From the IMG/VR virus record IMGVR_UViG_3300030397_000598, positions 2,330 through 66,329 of that record: a stretch of 64,000 bases of DNA. One strand, given 5' to 3'. The notes under the pieces are model-generated. The model was not told the origin of the DNA, did no database searches, and saw nothing but the letters and a program-made list of their open reading frames with translations. This document shows positions 1-8,052 of this stretch, piece after piece (within the stretch, counting starts at the first letter, position 1; the number at the start of each line of letters is the position of its first letter). The stretch is from a virus. A program made the translations under genes and the position numbers.

Positions 1-988
1 GGTCCCATCGAAGTAGTGCCACTCCGAACGGCGGCACAGTTTGCACCATAATACAAAGCGTGGTCAGGAACTGTCTGCCGGTGACATTTGATATGACATC
101 TTGGTACATTCCCTCACTGAGTTCATACTTCAAATTGGCAGACTGACGATAATAACCTTCTAGGTCTTCAAATCGGGTGCTTTTGACACTGATAATAGCA
201 TCAACGCCTATATTCTCTTTAAAAGCCAATGCGTCGGGTCTTACGCGAACATTAAGGCCGGTTTCGATGTCAGTGCCGTAAAAGGATATCTCTCGCTTAG
301 AGTGCTTCAGGATGCGCGGGAGTATGCCGCCTCCGTATCGCATATAATTGCGGTGTGTTACCACGATCTGAGCATGCTGAACCTCATTGACTGCTTTAAT
401 GCCGGAAGCTTCGATAATTTTTGCTAGAAACTCCTTTTTGCCTGGGAGTTTACCAAAGCTGTTCATGAGTGAATTGAACGAAGTTTCTATGATCTCCCGC
501 AGTCTTTCGGGTTGCTTCTCTTTAATTGTCCGGTACCAGAACCAAATCAATCGCTTAACGCCGTCCTTGGTGGATCGGGAGTACTTCGGCTCCACGACAA
601 CGCGCTTAAATTTGGTTGGCTCCAAAATGCATTGGTGTATAAAGGTTCCCATGTCGAAGGAACTCTTTTGACGGTGCTTGTCGAGTAGATCCTTCCACCC
701 GTGGTTAATCGAGTAATAGAGATTCAATGGCGTTTTCAGCGCCTCCTTTAATGTGGAGCTACTAAGGTGATCCGAAGACCCCAGGTAGGAATCAAATGAA
801 TCCTGAACGCAATGGCCGTTAACCCTGAGTGATTGCGTGGGAACGTTGCGAGTGGGCGCAGAGTCGTTAAGGCGCTGCAAAATGTCCTCAATGGGTGGAT
901 AGTTAGCAATATCCTTAAACTCCGGTTCAAATGGGGCGAGTTCTGCACCCGCCTCCATTTGATGAAGATTTACGCCGCCCGTGTTCAT
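1..988 (-). CDS. RecE/exonuclease VIII-like PD-(D/E)XK nuclease (3'-partial; absent from the ORF track because no stop lies in the window)
   Basis: Manual translation from ATG 988 (ATGA overlap with the upstream stop) is open to base 1: ..HLSSSTLKEALKTP..FDMGTFIHQCILEP..VRVRPDAL..IISVKST..Y..SEGMYQ.. Confidence 0.75.
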   Translation of the reverse strand, partial: MNTGGVNLHQMEAGAELAPFEPEFKDIANYPPIEDILQRLNDSAPTRNVPTQSLRVNGHCVQDSFDSYLGSSDHLSSSTLKEALKTPLNLYYSINHGWKDLLDKHRQKSSFDMGTFIHQCILEPTKFKRVVVEPKYSRSTKDGVKRLIWFWYRTIKEKQPERLREIIETSFNSLMNSFGKLPGKKEFLAKIIEASGIKAVNEVQHAQIVVTHRNYMRYGGGILPRILKHSKREISFYGTDIETGLNVRVRPDALAFKENIGVDAIISVKSTRFEDLEGYYRQSANLKYELSEGMYQDVISNVTGRQFLTTLCIMVQTVPPFGVALLRWD

Positions 989-1395
989 GCCGCTTTGGGT
1001 TGAAGCGGGCGGACCGACCAACTGTCGTGCTTGAATCCGTTATTCTTGTTGGGCTTCTCTCCTACATAAGTTATTCGAAGCGCAGTGCCGGGGGCTATTT
1101 TGTGTTCGGTAATTGTACCAACTAGCATCTTCGACCCGTTGTGTACTTGGAATGTGTGCCCTTTGTCAGTTTGTTCTAAGAAAAACGCACACTGCAAAGG
1201 TCGTCTCGATTCAGGGTCATTGGGATCTGGAACCATCGCTTCGTCTACTTTCATGAAAAATACCAGTTTGGATTCCCCTGGTTCTTTTGGAGTCCAATAA
1301 CTAGACGCAAGATCTAATAAAGAATCTTCTGCCTCCGTATGTAAATTAGGAAGCTGCTGACCAGGAGCGACTATAAGGTTTTTGCCCTCTACCAT
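985..1395 (-). CDS. Putative phage ssDNA-binding (OB-fold-like) protein
   Basis: 136 aa directly upstream of RecE-like gene; beta-rich with aromatic residues (YWTPKEPGESK, LRITYVGEK, FKHDSWSV). Confidence 0.4.
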   Translation of the reverse strand: MVEGKNLIVAPGQQLPNLHTEAEDSLLDLASSYWTPKEPGESKLVFFMKVDEAMVPDPNDPESRRPLQCAFFLEQTDKGHTFQVHNGSKMLVGTITEHKIAPGTALRITYVGEKPNKNNGFKHDSWSVRPLQPKAA

Positions 1396-1476
1396 TGTGA
1401 TACAGTTTTAAATAAAAAAATAGTTTTCCAAAAATCCCGATCCAGGCCGAACCGGGCATTATAGCAAACACCGGCG

Positions 1477-1866
1477 TTACACGTCGTTAAACATGCAATA
1501 CCGATTTCGTCCGTAGCTTTTTTTGTTGATAACAGTCGTCCCGGCAACGCTGCGAACGTAAATCGTTCCGGACTTAACGCTAACGTGTATGGTGTGCGCC
1601 AATCCATTGGTCTGTGCAAACTCTTCTAACTCGTTCGCCATTTGCGTTAGCTTTTTATACCACTTGAAAGATACCGTAAACGAACGTTGCCGAGTCACAA
1701 CAAACCCTCCTAGCGATCCTTTCAAAGCGTTGTGCAATTCAAGCTCCGGCTTATCACAGTTTTCGCGGTCGAAAGTATTGTTGATAGTCTCTGTAATCCA
1801 AGTTGGCATGTTTAATTTTGTGTTAACAGAAACTTTTTCGTACTGTATTAAATCTTTTGGCATCAT
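1477..1866 (-). CDS. Hypothetical phage early protein
   Basis: 129 aa ORF, operon-like packing with neighbours. Confidence 0.6.
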   Translation of the reverse strand: MMPKDLIQYEKVSVNTKLNMPTWITETINNTFDRENCDKPELELHNALKGSLGGFVVTRQRSFTVSFKWYKKLTQMANELEEFAQTNGLAHTIHVSVKSGTIYVRSVAGTTVINKKSYGRNRYCMFNDV

Positions 1867-2117
1867 TATTGCGATATCTGTTGTAGGATTGAATTAATAG
1901 CGGCCTCGGCAATTTGCGCATCAGTGTAATTGTCGAGGCCCAATTGTAAAACTACACTGAACACATAATGCTTTTGTACCTCCAACCCAGGCCTTTCGTT
2001 GGCTATCTCCATGATGCTATCTATCCTTTCTTTTTGAAACGTCTCTATATCCGTATAGATACCCTCTTTTTCCCCCCTTGAAGGATTCAGTGCTTGAGAT
2101 ATCTGAATTTTATTCAT
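1866..2117 (-). CDS. Small hypothetical protein in Cro position
   Basis: 83 aa; first gene of the leftward operon, divergent from the repressor. Confidence 0.55.
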   Translation of the reverse strand: MNKIQISQALNPSRGEKEGIYTDIETFQKERIDSIMEIANERPGLEVQKHYVFSVVLQLGLDNYTDAQIAEAAINSILQQISQ

Positions 2118-2118
2118 T

Positions 2119-2190
2119 TTAGCGTATATTTACGTTATATGAAGCAAATATATGCTAATCTTATATCAAAATCAACCTTATAGCATATTT
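2119..2190. promoter_or_regulatory. Divergent immunity-region promoter/operator
   Basis: Minus-strand TTG(2175-2173)-20 nt-TATATTTG(2152-2145); inverted repeat TTAGCGTATATT (2119-2130) / AATATATGCTAA (2147-2158) plus a third half-site TAGCATATTT (2181-2190). Confidence 0.6.
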
Positions 2191-2212
2191 TATTTTAAAA
2201 ATAAAGAAAACC

Positions 2213-2665
2213 ATGTCTAATAAGAAGCGAAAACGTAGTACGCAGCACATTGAAAGGGAGGAGGTTGCGAAGAAATTTAGTGAATTAGTTCGCCGCCTGA
2301 CAGATCCGGGTCCAAAGAAAGTGGTATCTAAGCAAAGACTTGCAGACGAACTAAATATAACTGTTGCTACGCTTAACGGGGTGCTGAGAGGTTCTAGCAC
2401 ACAAGTTACAGAGGAGATGCTGGAAGTAATAATCCACAAGTGGGGACGGGAGATCGGCTATGAGATAGAAGAAGAAATAGAAATCAAGAAAAAGGAATTA
2501 AACAAACTGGAAGAGATACTTAGAAACCAAGCCCAAATGTCCGTACTCATAAAAGGCATAGAGGTTGACATGACGCGACTGATGGAGCAAAAGATATCAG
2601 AAGCCATAGAAAAGGCTGTCCCGGAAATAGTCTACAGAATCAAAAAAGACCTACAAGGTGAGTAA
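2213..2665 (+). CDS. XRE/CI-like HTH repressor
   Basis: HTH-like SKQRLADELNITVATLNGVLRG, C-terminal coiled coil, divergent orientation against the lytic genes. Confidence 0.7.
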   Translation: MSNKKRKRSTQHIEREEVAKKFSELVRRLTDPGPKKVVSKQRLADELNITVATLNGVLRGSSTQVTEEMLEVIIHKWGREIGYEIEEEIEIKKKELNKLEEILRNQAQMSVLIKGIEVDMTRLMEQKISEAIEKAVPEIVYRIKKDLQGE

Positions 2666-2781
2666 TGAGTGCCTAAATATTCCCACAATTTCCCATTACT
2701 GCTCAAAAATTAACTCCGACAATACGCAACTTTGTTGTGTGTTAGTTCCTCGCGGGTTAAGTGATTATGAGGGGCAACCGG

Positions 2782-3993
2782 TTATGCCCGTGAGGATTTT
2801 TCCTGTAAAAAAGATAGTAACCATTCATAATCGATTATCTCAACATCAACCTCCCTTTTCTCTGTGCTTTTGAGTGTTTGAAGTTCTTGCTTGAAATCAT
2901 ATTCAAAAGATCGGTCAACCCATTTAACAAGCCCGTTTATAACGGCCCTGTCCCGGCCCCCTTTTCTAGTATGTCTTAAAGCGTATGCCTTAAAAGATGA
3001 AGTCCTGTCGTGTATCTTAACCTCATTGCGGGCATATCTAAATAATATCTCCAATATAATTAGATGGACATTGTGCCCGCTTTTGTCTTGAGAAAAGACC
3101 TCTATTTGGTTAAAAAACCTGCCTATTTTAAAGTCATCCTGAAACACATACCCTGATAGCTCCATTAGTGCCGTGTTATACGCCCCTGCAATCCTCCATT
3201 CCTCTGAAAACCCCTTGTAAGATCCAGAAACCCCAATAGTTTTATACAACTGCAAGGCTTCACCATGTTTCTGCTGTCTAATCAGAGAGATGAACTTAAA
3301 TTGAATGAACTTGAAATAATTGTGCGTCTTCTTATCCGGAATGTTGTCCAAGATGATCTGAAATGCCTCTTCGTGCCTACCATGCTTTATCAAAAGCGGT
3401 AGGGCTTGCAGGGCGAATACCTGCCTTGGTGTGTTGGTTGATAGCTTTACGCTAGATTCAAAATAAGATAATGCATCTTTACAGTACTCTATAACCGCAT
3501 CTTCATCGCCGGTTACCCGGTAATATGTGGCAAGCATTACATACCCTCTGATCGCAATGTGGTAGTTTCTTCGAATGCACATCAAATTCAAAATCCTTGC
3601 CAGTATGGTTTCTTCAAATTTGCTCGATTTCTTAGAATTTATCACAAGCATGAACTTAGAGTATATAGACGCCATTTCTTCCTCCACTCTTCTTGTCACA
3701 ATATACTCTTGATACATTTCCTCATAAACAATTGCCCTGCCTTTGTTTGGAGAAATCACCGAATAGTAATAGGTCAGTATTTTGCAGAAGTCAATCACAC
3801 AATCGACCAGTTGCACCTTTATTGCTTTTGAAAGACAGGACGCAGCAATGCCCTTCGCCTCTGTCCCTTGCCCTCTATGAATGTACGCCATACATATGGC
3901 GTGTTGCTTCTGAACAATGATCATCTCCTTAGCAAAACTGCTCAAATCATCCGTTAACAAGCTGTCGATTCCCCATGACTCATTCATAATCAA
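2782..3993 (-). CDS. All-helical TPR-like protein, 403 aa
   Basis: Repeated helical-hairpin patterns (EDAVIEYCKDALSYF, RHEEAFQII, KHGEALQLY); no catalytic motif or HTH seen. Confidence 0.6.
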   Translation of the reverse strand: MIMNESWGIDSLLTDDLSSFAKEMIIVQKQHAICMAYIHRGQGTEAKGIAASCLSKAIKVQLVDCVIDFCKILTYYYSVISPNKGRAIVYEEMYQEYIVTRRVEEEMASIYSKFMLVINSKKSSKFEETILARILNLMCIRRNYHIAIRGYVMLATYYRVTGDEDAVIEYCKDALSYFESSVKLSTNTPRQVFALQALPLLIKHGRHEEAFQIILDNIPDKKTHNYFKFIQFKFISLIRQQKHGEALQLYKTIGVSGSYKGFSEEWRIAGAYNTALMELSGYVFQDDFKIGRFFNQIEVFSQDKSGHNVHLIILEILFRYARNEVKIHDRTSSFKAYALRHTRKGGRDRAVINGLVKWVDRSFEYDFKQELQTLKSTEKREVDVEIIDYEWLLSFLQEKSSRA

Positions 3994-4156
3994 TCAAAAA
4001 TGTATATCTTAGCAATGTCCCTATTAGGTAAAATTAATCACATTTTCGGTTCCAACAAAAGCAATGGCTAGGGATAATTTTGAAGTATTCGTTCATTTAA
4101 ATACTTCTATTATGGCCTATCAAGTAGTAAGCACTGATATTTTAGGTGCATAAGAC

Positions 4157-4187
4157 AAAAAAGGGCCATCCGAAGTAGAACGACCCT
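4157..4187 (-). terminator. Rho-independent terminator
   Basis: Minus strand AGGGTCGTTC-TACTTCG-GATGGCCCT followed by a T-run. Confidence 0.65.
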
Positions 4188-4209
4188 AGAAATATAAAAA
4201 TCTATAAAA

Positions 4210-4281
4210 CTATGTAAACCAAAAGTGGAAGGCCCAACCGATCTCGCACTCCAGCCTCCACCAAAGAACTAGATTAGTCAC
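4210..4281 (-). CDS. Candidate 23-aa Trp/Phe-rich peptide (MTNLVLWWRLECEIGWAFHFWFT)
   Basis: GTG start to TAG, ending just upstream of the 4157-4187 terminator. Confidence 0.3.
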   Translation of the reverse strand: MTNLVLWWRLECEIGWAFHFWFT

Positions 4282-4475
4282 TAATTCTTTTGAATTTTAC
4301 ATTTCTTCTCCTAAATTAGTATTTTCCAATCGAAATACCTAATCCTTTATAGGTATACTCATCAGATTAGTCATTAAAACATTTTGTTAAAGTAAGCTAT
4401 TTCGGGCGCTTGTTTTGTATTTCAAACAAATACCCCGTTTCACTAATACAAGTGTTAGATTAATCTTGATGTCAA

Positions 4476-4646
4476 ATGAAAAGCATCCAGAAGTTTATTA
4501 AAAATGGAAGTAAGGTAATTAAAGTCCTAAACGAACTAAAAGAGAAAAGGAAGCAACGTCTAGCAGAATTGATGAAACTACGGGAAGCAACAAAGGAGGA
4601 CGACGGAAGTGGAGCAGAAGAGAAGGATACTTCAGGTAGTGAGTAG
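4476..4646 (+). CDS. Small 56-aa charged protein (MKSIQKFIKNGSKVIKVLNELKEKRKQRLAELMKLRE...)
   Basis: Manual translation; amphipathic basic helix and acidic tail; followed by a hairpin. Confidence 0.5.
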   Translation: MKSIQKFIKNGSKVIKVLNELKEKRKQRLAELMKLREATKEDDGSGAEEKDTSGSE

Positions 4647-4651
4647 AGGTG

Positions 4652-4680
4652 ATCCGGAGAACGTGACACGCTCCCCGGAT
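4652..4680. terminator. Hairpin between convergent genes (end of the late operon)
   Basis: ATCCGG..ACGTG..CACG..CCGGAT stem between the 4476-4646 (+) and 4696-5124 (-) ORFs. Confidence 0.4.
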
Positions 4681-4695
4681 GTACCCAATCAAAAA

Positions 4696-5124
4696 CTACA
4701 CTGTCTTTTGTTGCTTAAGTAGGGACCCCTTACCGGACTCAGTTACTATGTACCTGAATCTTTCCTCGTCAATTGTACGTAGGGAATGCATAATTCTTTT
4801 GTCTCTGCTTTTCTGGTCTCTACCGAATATGGACGAGAATAAACGGCCAAAAAATCCAGGAATAGAAGGTAAAACCCCCTTGAACAGTTCATATAGGCCC
4901 GAAGCCGTCAGGAATGAGAACACGGCAGACAGTGCCGTTAATTCAAAGCCTGTGGCCCGTAGAAAAAGCGCAATGACTGTACCACCAGCGAATACCCGTA
5001 ATATTGCGGGCATCTTCTCAAACATCCCTGGCGATACCTTGATATGCTTCATTGTAAAGCCCCACAGCATCGTTAAGGAAGTCAGTATCATGTCAAAATC
5101 TTGCATCAATTCAGGTGTGTTCAT
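4696..5124 (-). CDS. Holin-like membrane protein
   Basis: 142 aa, about 3 hydrophobic segments, basic C-terminal tail, last gene of the late operon. Confidence 0.5.
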   Translation of the reverse strand: MNTPELMQDFDMILTSLTMLWGFTMKHIKVSPGMFEKMPAILRVFAGGTVIALFLRATGFELTALSAVFSFLTASGLYELFKGVLPSIPGFFGRLFSSIFGRDQKSRDKRIMHSLRTIDEERFRYIVTESGKGSLLKQQKTV

Positions 5125-5570
5125 TTTGCTTGAATTTGCGGCGAACAGCTTGTTCTCATAGTATTAAAGTCGTCGCCTTGGATATGAATAATTGTTAATT
5201 TGAATTTTCCCGTGCTGTTTACGCTCTTTTCGAATCCCATATAGAAGTTTATGAGGGCATCACATAATGTTTTATCGCCGTCCTTATCATAATCTTGGTC
5301 CGCAATAAAAACGGCTGATTGGGCATACCTAAATAGCTTTGAATGAATGGCAGTCCGTACCGTCTCGGGACTCCATCCGGATTCTGTAGGCTCAACCGTA
5401 AACTGGATGTCAGAAATCTGCATATGCCCAGTTTCTTCAGGCACTTCGTATTCAAATGAAACAACCCGATCAACTGAGGATTTATAGACAATGGTGTTTT
5501 CAACATCCCCGGCACATCTTCCAATCAACAGACAAGCAACCAATAACAGACATAGGCTGCACTTATTCAT
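5121..5570 (-). CDS. Putative lipoprotein/exported protein (paralog of 7612-8043)
   Basis: Likely start ATG 5570: MNKCSLCLLLVACLLIGRC; shares a W..........FRY..S....DKD..C.A...F..GFE pattern with 7612-8043. Confidence 0.55.
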   Translation of the reverse strand: MNKCSLCLLLVACLLIGRCAGDVENTIVYKSSVDRVVSFEYEVPEETGHMQISDIQFTVEPTESGWSPETVRTAIHSKLFRYAQSAVFIADQDYDKDGDKTLCDALINFYMGFEKSVNSTGKFKLTIIHIQGDDFNTMRTSCSPQIQAK

Positions 5571-6084
5571 TAGTTGGATTTTTGCGCGGTTCGTAGATCG
5601 AACCAACAACTGAACAGGGTTTAAAATCTCTTACCTTGGCCCCTGTAAAATTCTCGGTCAGTGCTACGACTTCATGCAGGGCAATGGGAATGCCCTTTTC
5701 ATCCTCAAACCGGCATTCAAAAAGCCTCATCGCATCCCGTGTTGCTCCGTAATCATTGCGTCCGAAAAACCCAATGGCGGGAACAAATCGGATGCCTTCG
5801 AAATAGGAGTCCATGCAAGACCTGATAGTATCGCAAATCTCGGAAATGGGTATATCTCCGGTTCCCTCTGGGAGAGAAAAGGACATATAGGTTACTGACA
5901 AAACAACACTGTCGCCCTGACTTGTTGCTTGGTATTCGAAACTAGATCCCGGACGGCATTCAGTCGGACTAGGCGCTGGCGGTTGTATCAATTCACACGA
6001 TGAAAGATACCCCATGACAGCCAGTGCTGTCAGTACAATAAGAATGATATTTTGGATTAGCCTTTGCCTTGAAGACGGTTTCAT
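5563..6084 (-). CDS. Putative lipoprotein
   Basis: Basic N-terminus, hydrophobic stretch, LSSC lipobox, Pro-rich linker. Confidence 0.6.
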   Translation of the reverse strand: MKPSSRQRLIQNIILIVLTALAVMGYLSSCELIQPPAPSPTECRPGSSFEYQATSQGDSVVLSVTYMSFSLPEGTGDIPISEICDTIRSCMDSYFEGIRFVPAIGFFGRNDYGATRDAMRLFECRFEDEKGIPIALHEVVALTENFTGAKVRDFKPCSVVGSIYEPRKNPTNE

Positions 6085-6090
6085 AGTATA

Positions 6091-6417
6091 TTAATTTTGT
6101 GTAGTAATAGCTTGCTTTTGCCTCATCATTTCCATCTCGTGCAAATCTCTCTTTTGCTGCATTGAAAATTCGTGTTCCTCCCGCTCTCTCTGCGTCTTTG
6201 CCCTAATAGACTCGGCTTCTGCTTGATTTTTCTTGTATTCGCCTAGCTTACCCACATATGTGGTAACTCCCGTAAATAGAATACCTACAACGGCCAGTAA
6301 AAACCCAGCTACACCGCCCTCATATGATTGTAGATTAATGGAGCCGAGCCAAGCGTAGGCCACCATGTATATTTGAGTGTCAATGTTCCATCCTTTTAAA
6401 AATGTCTTAATCGGCAT
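6091..6417 (-). CDS. TM plus coiled-coil protein (holin/antiholin-like)
   Basis: Hydrophobic GGVAGFLLAVVGILFTGVTTYV followed by a charged coiled coil. Confidence 0.45.
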   Translation of the reverse strand: MPIKTFLKGWNIDTQIYMVAYAWLGSINLQSYEGGVAGFLLAVVGILFTGVTTYVGKLGEYKKNQAEAESIRAKTQREREEHEFSMQQKRDLHEMEMMRQKQAITTQN

Positions 6418-6427
6418 GATCTCAATT

Positions 6428-7285
6428 TTAGCACTTTGTCAACTCTACGTGAGAGCGTATTTTTTTACTACTAACTTCAAAGTTTAGCCATACACCAGCC
6501 TGAACAGCCTTAGGCATAAATATTTTTTCTGTGGCCCATCCGGAACCTTCTCTAAACTCGTCCTTATAGGTTCCGCCTTTCATATACCACATTGATTTTA
6601 TGTGCATCTCTCCATTTCTCTTTACGTCATACTGACCATGTGGGTGGACTAACCAATCATGGGTGTGCCCGGTGTATATAAAGTCTGCCTTTGGGGCAAC
6701 TGATGCCTCCCGGATTATACCTAATGCCCCTTTTGTCACTATTCCCCCAAATTTTCCATGCTGAAAGAAAAGATGCTTCGTTTTGGTGTTCCCTCCTCCC
6801 TCGTGCTGAAATGTGAACCGAATAAACCCGACGTATGGCAAATGCTCTATTTTTGATTTTCCCTTTATTCCAAGGCGAATAATCAGGTTGTCTATTGGGT
6901 CGCTCCCAACATTTTTATGCACTTGCGTTTCGTGGTTTCCATCAGAAAGGGCTATTATGTTTTCAGCGTATGGTGCCAGCTTTTCAGCAATGTCATTGTA
7001 AACCAAATCAAGGTAGTTGTCGGAGTTGTATTCTGGCCTTATACCCTTACGGCTTCGCCTGGGGTCGTACTTCCCTTCCATTAGGCAAAACAGATCACCA
7101 AAATGAAATATTCCTGCCTTCCTCTTTTGGGCTTCGTCAAAGTGAGAGAACAATAAATCCCGGCAACACTTCGGGTTGTCTATGTGGGCGTCTGATCCCA
7201 GTAAAAAACTAAACTTTTCGCCGGATTTGTACTTTATTTTTACATCGACTGTATTCTTTGACAGTCGGGTTACTTTCCACTTCAT
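6428..7285 (-). CDS. Calcineurin-like metallophosphoesterase
   Basis: Motifs SDAH, GDL, DGNHE, FQHG, GHTH in canonical order. Confidence 0.85.
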   Translation of the reverse strand: MKWKVTRLSKNTVDVKIKYKSGEKFSFLLGSDAHIDNPKCCRDLLFSHFDEAQKRKAGIFHFGDLFCLMEGKYDPRRSRKGIRPEYNSDNYLDLVYNDIAEKLAPYAENIIALSDGNHETQVHKNVGSDPIDNLIIRLGIKGKSKIEHLPYVGFIRFTFQHEGGGNTKTKHLFFQHGKFGGIVTKGALGIIREASVAPKADFIYTGHTHDWLVHPHGQYDVKRNGEMHIKSMWYMKGGTYKDEFREGSGWATEKIFMPKAVQAGVWLNFEVSSKKIRSHVELTKC

Positions 7286-7298
7286 GAATAGATAGTTA

Positions 7299-7622
7299 CT
7301 AAAGAAATACGCACCACTGGACGGTTATCCGTTCATTTCTGACTGGTACTCTAATTCCGGCTGAATCCCTTTCAGCCCTTAGAAACATTTGAGTATCGCC
7401 CCACAGTCCACAATCCGCCTTTTCTACTTTGCCGTTAACGGTGTCAAATGTTTTCATATACCAGGTGTTCGGGACGTGTCGTAATCCGTGCCAGAAAAAG
7501 ACCTCGCCCTGGTCGTTCGTTACTCCGGTATGGATACCGCAATTTTCGGAGTGCGGTATAATACCCTCGCTACAGGAGATCAAGAACAGGCAAATCGATA
7601 ATATGACAAGCCTAATTGCCAT
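7299..7622 (-). CDS. Putative lipoprotein
   Basis: MAIRLVILSICLFLISC lipobox. Confidence 0.6.
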   Translation of the reverse strand: MAIRLVILSICLFLISCSEGIIPHSENCGIHTGVTNDQGEVFFWHGLRHVPNTWYMKTFDTVNGKVEKADCGLWGDTQMFLRAERDSAGIRVPVRNERITVQWCVFL

Positions 7623-8043
7623 TGTGCATTGATTTATCTACGTTACATGATTTTCCCTGAGAGACAACCGTGTAGGACTTGAATTCGATTTCTATACCCA
7701 ACGAATCAGATGCATATTGCTCAAATCCACGCATAAAAAGGACACCAGCCTCACAGTAATCCTTGTCGGGGTTTAGTGGAGCCGAACGGAAAGAATACCG
7801 GTACATCTCGTCGAAAACAACCCCCTCTAGCTCCGATCTGGTCCAAGCGGCAGGATCATCCACCGTTGCACAAAACTGACGATTGTAGATATACCCCTCG
7901 TGGTTGCACCCTTCGTGCTTGTTATTCCATGTGAATAGCACGGCTTGAGAAAAGAAAAATTCATTCTTTTCGGATACCGGTATTTCGTGCTGGCACCCGC
8001 AAAGAACGAGCAATAAGAAAAGTGACTTAAATGCGGTTTTCAT
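7612..8043 (-). CDS. Putative lipoprotein (paralog of 5121-5570)
   Basis: MKTAFKSLFLLLVLCGC lipobox. Confidence 0.6.
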   Translation of the reverse strand: MKTAFKSLFLLLVLCGCQHEIPVSEKNEFFFSQAVLFTWNNKHEGCNHEGYIYNRQFCATVDDPAAWTRSELEGVVFDEMYRYSFRSAPLNPDKDYCEAGVLFMRGFEQYASDSLGIEIEFKSYTVVSQGKSCNVDKSMHNGN

Positions 8044-8052
8044 GTTATTTAT

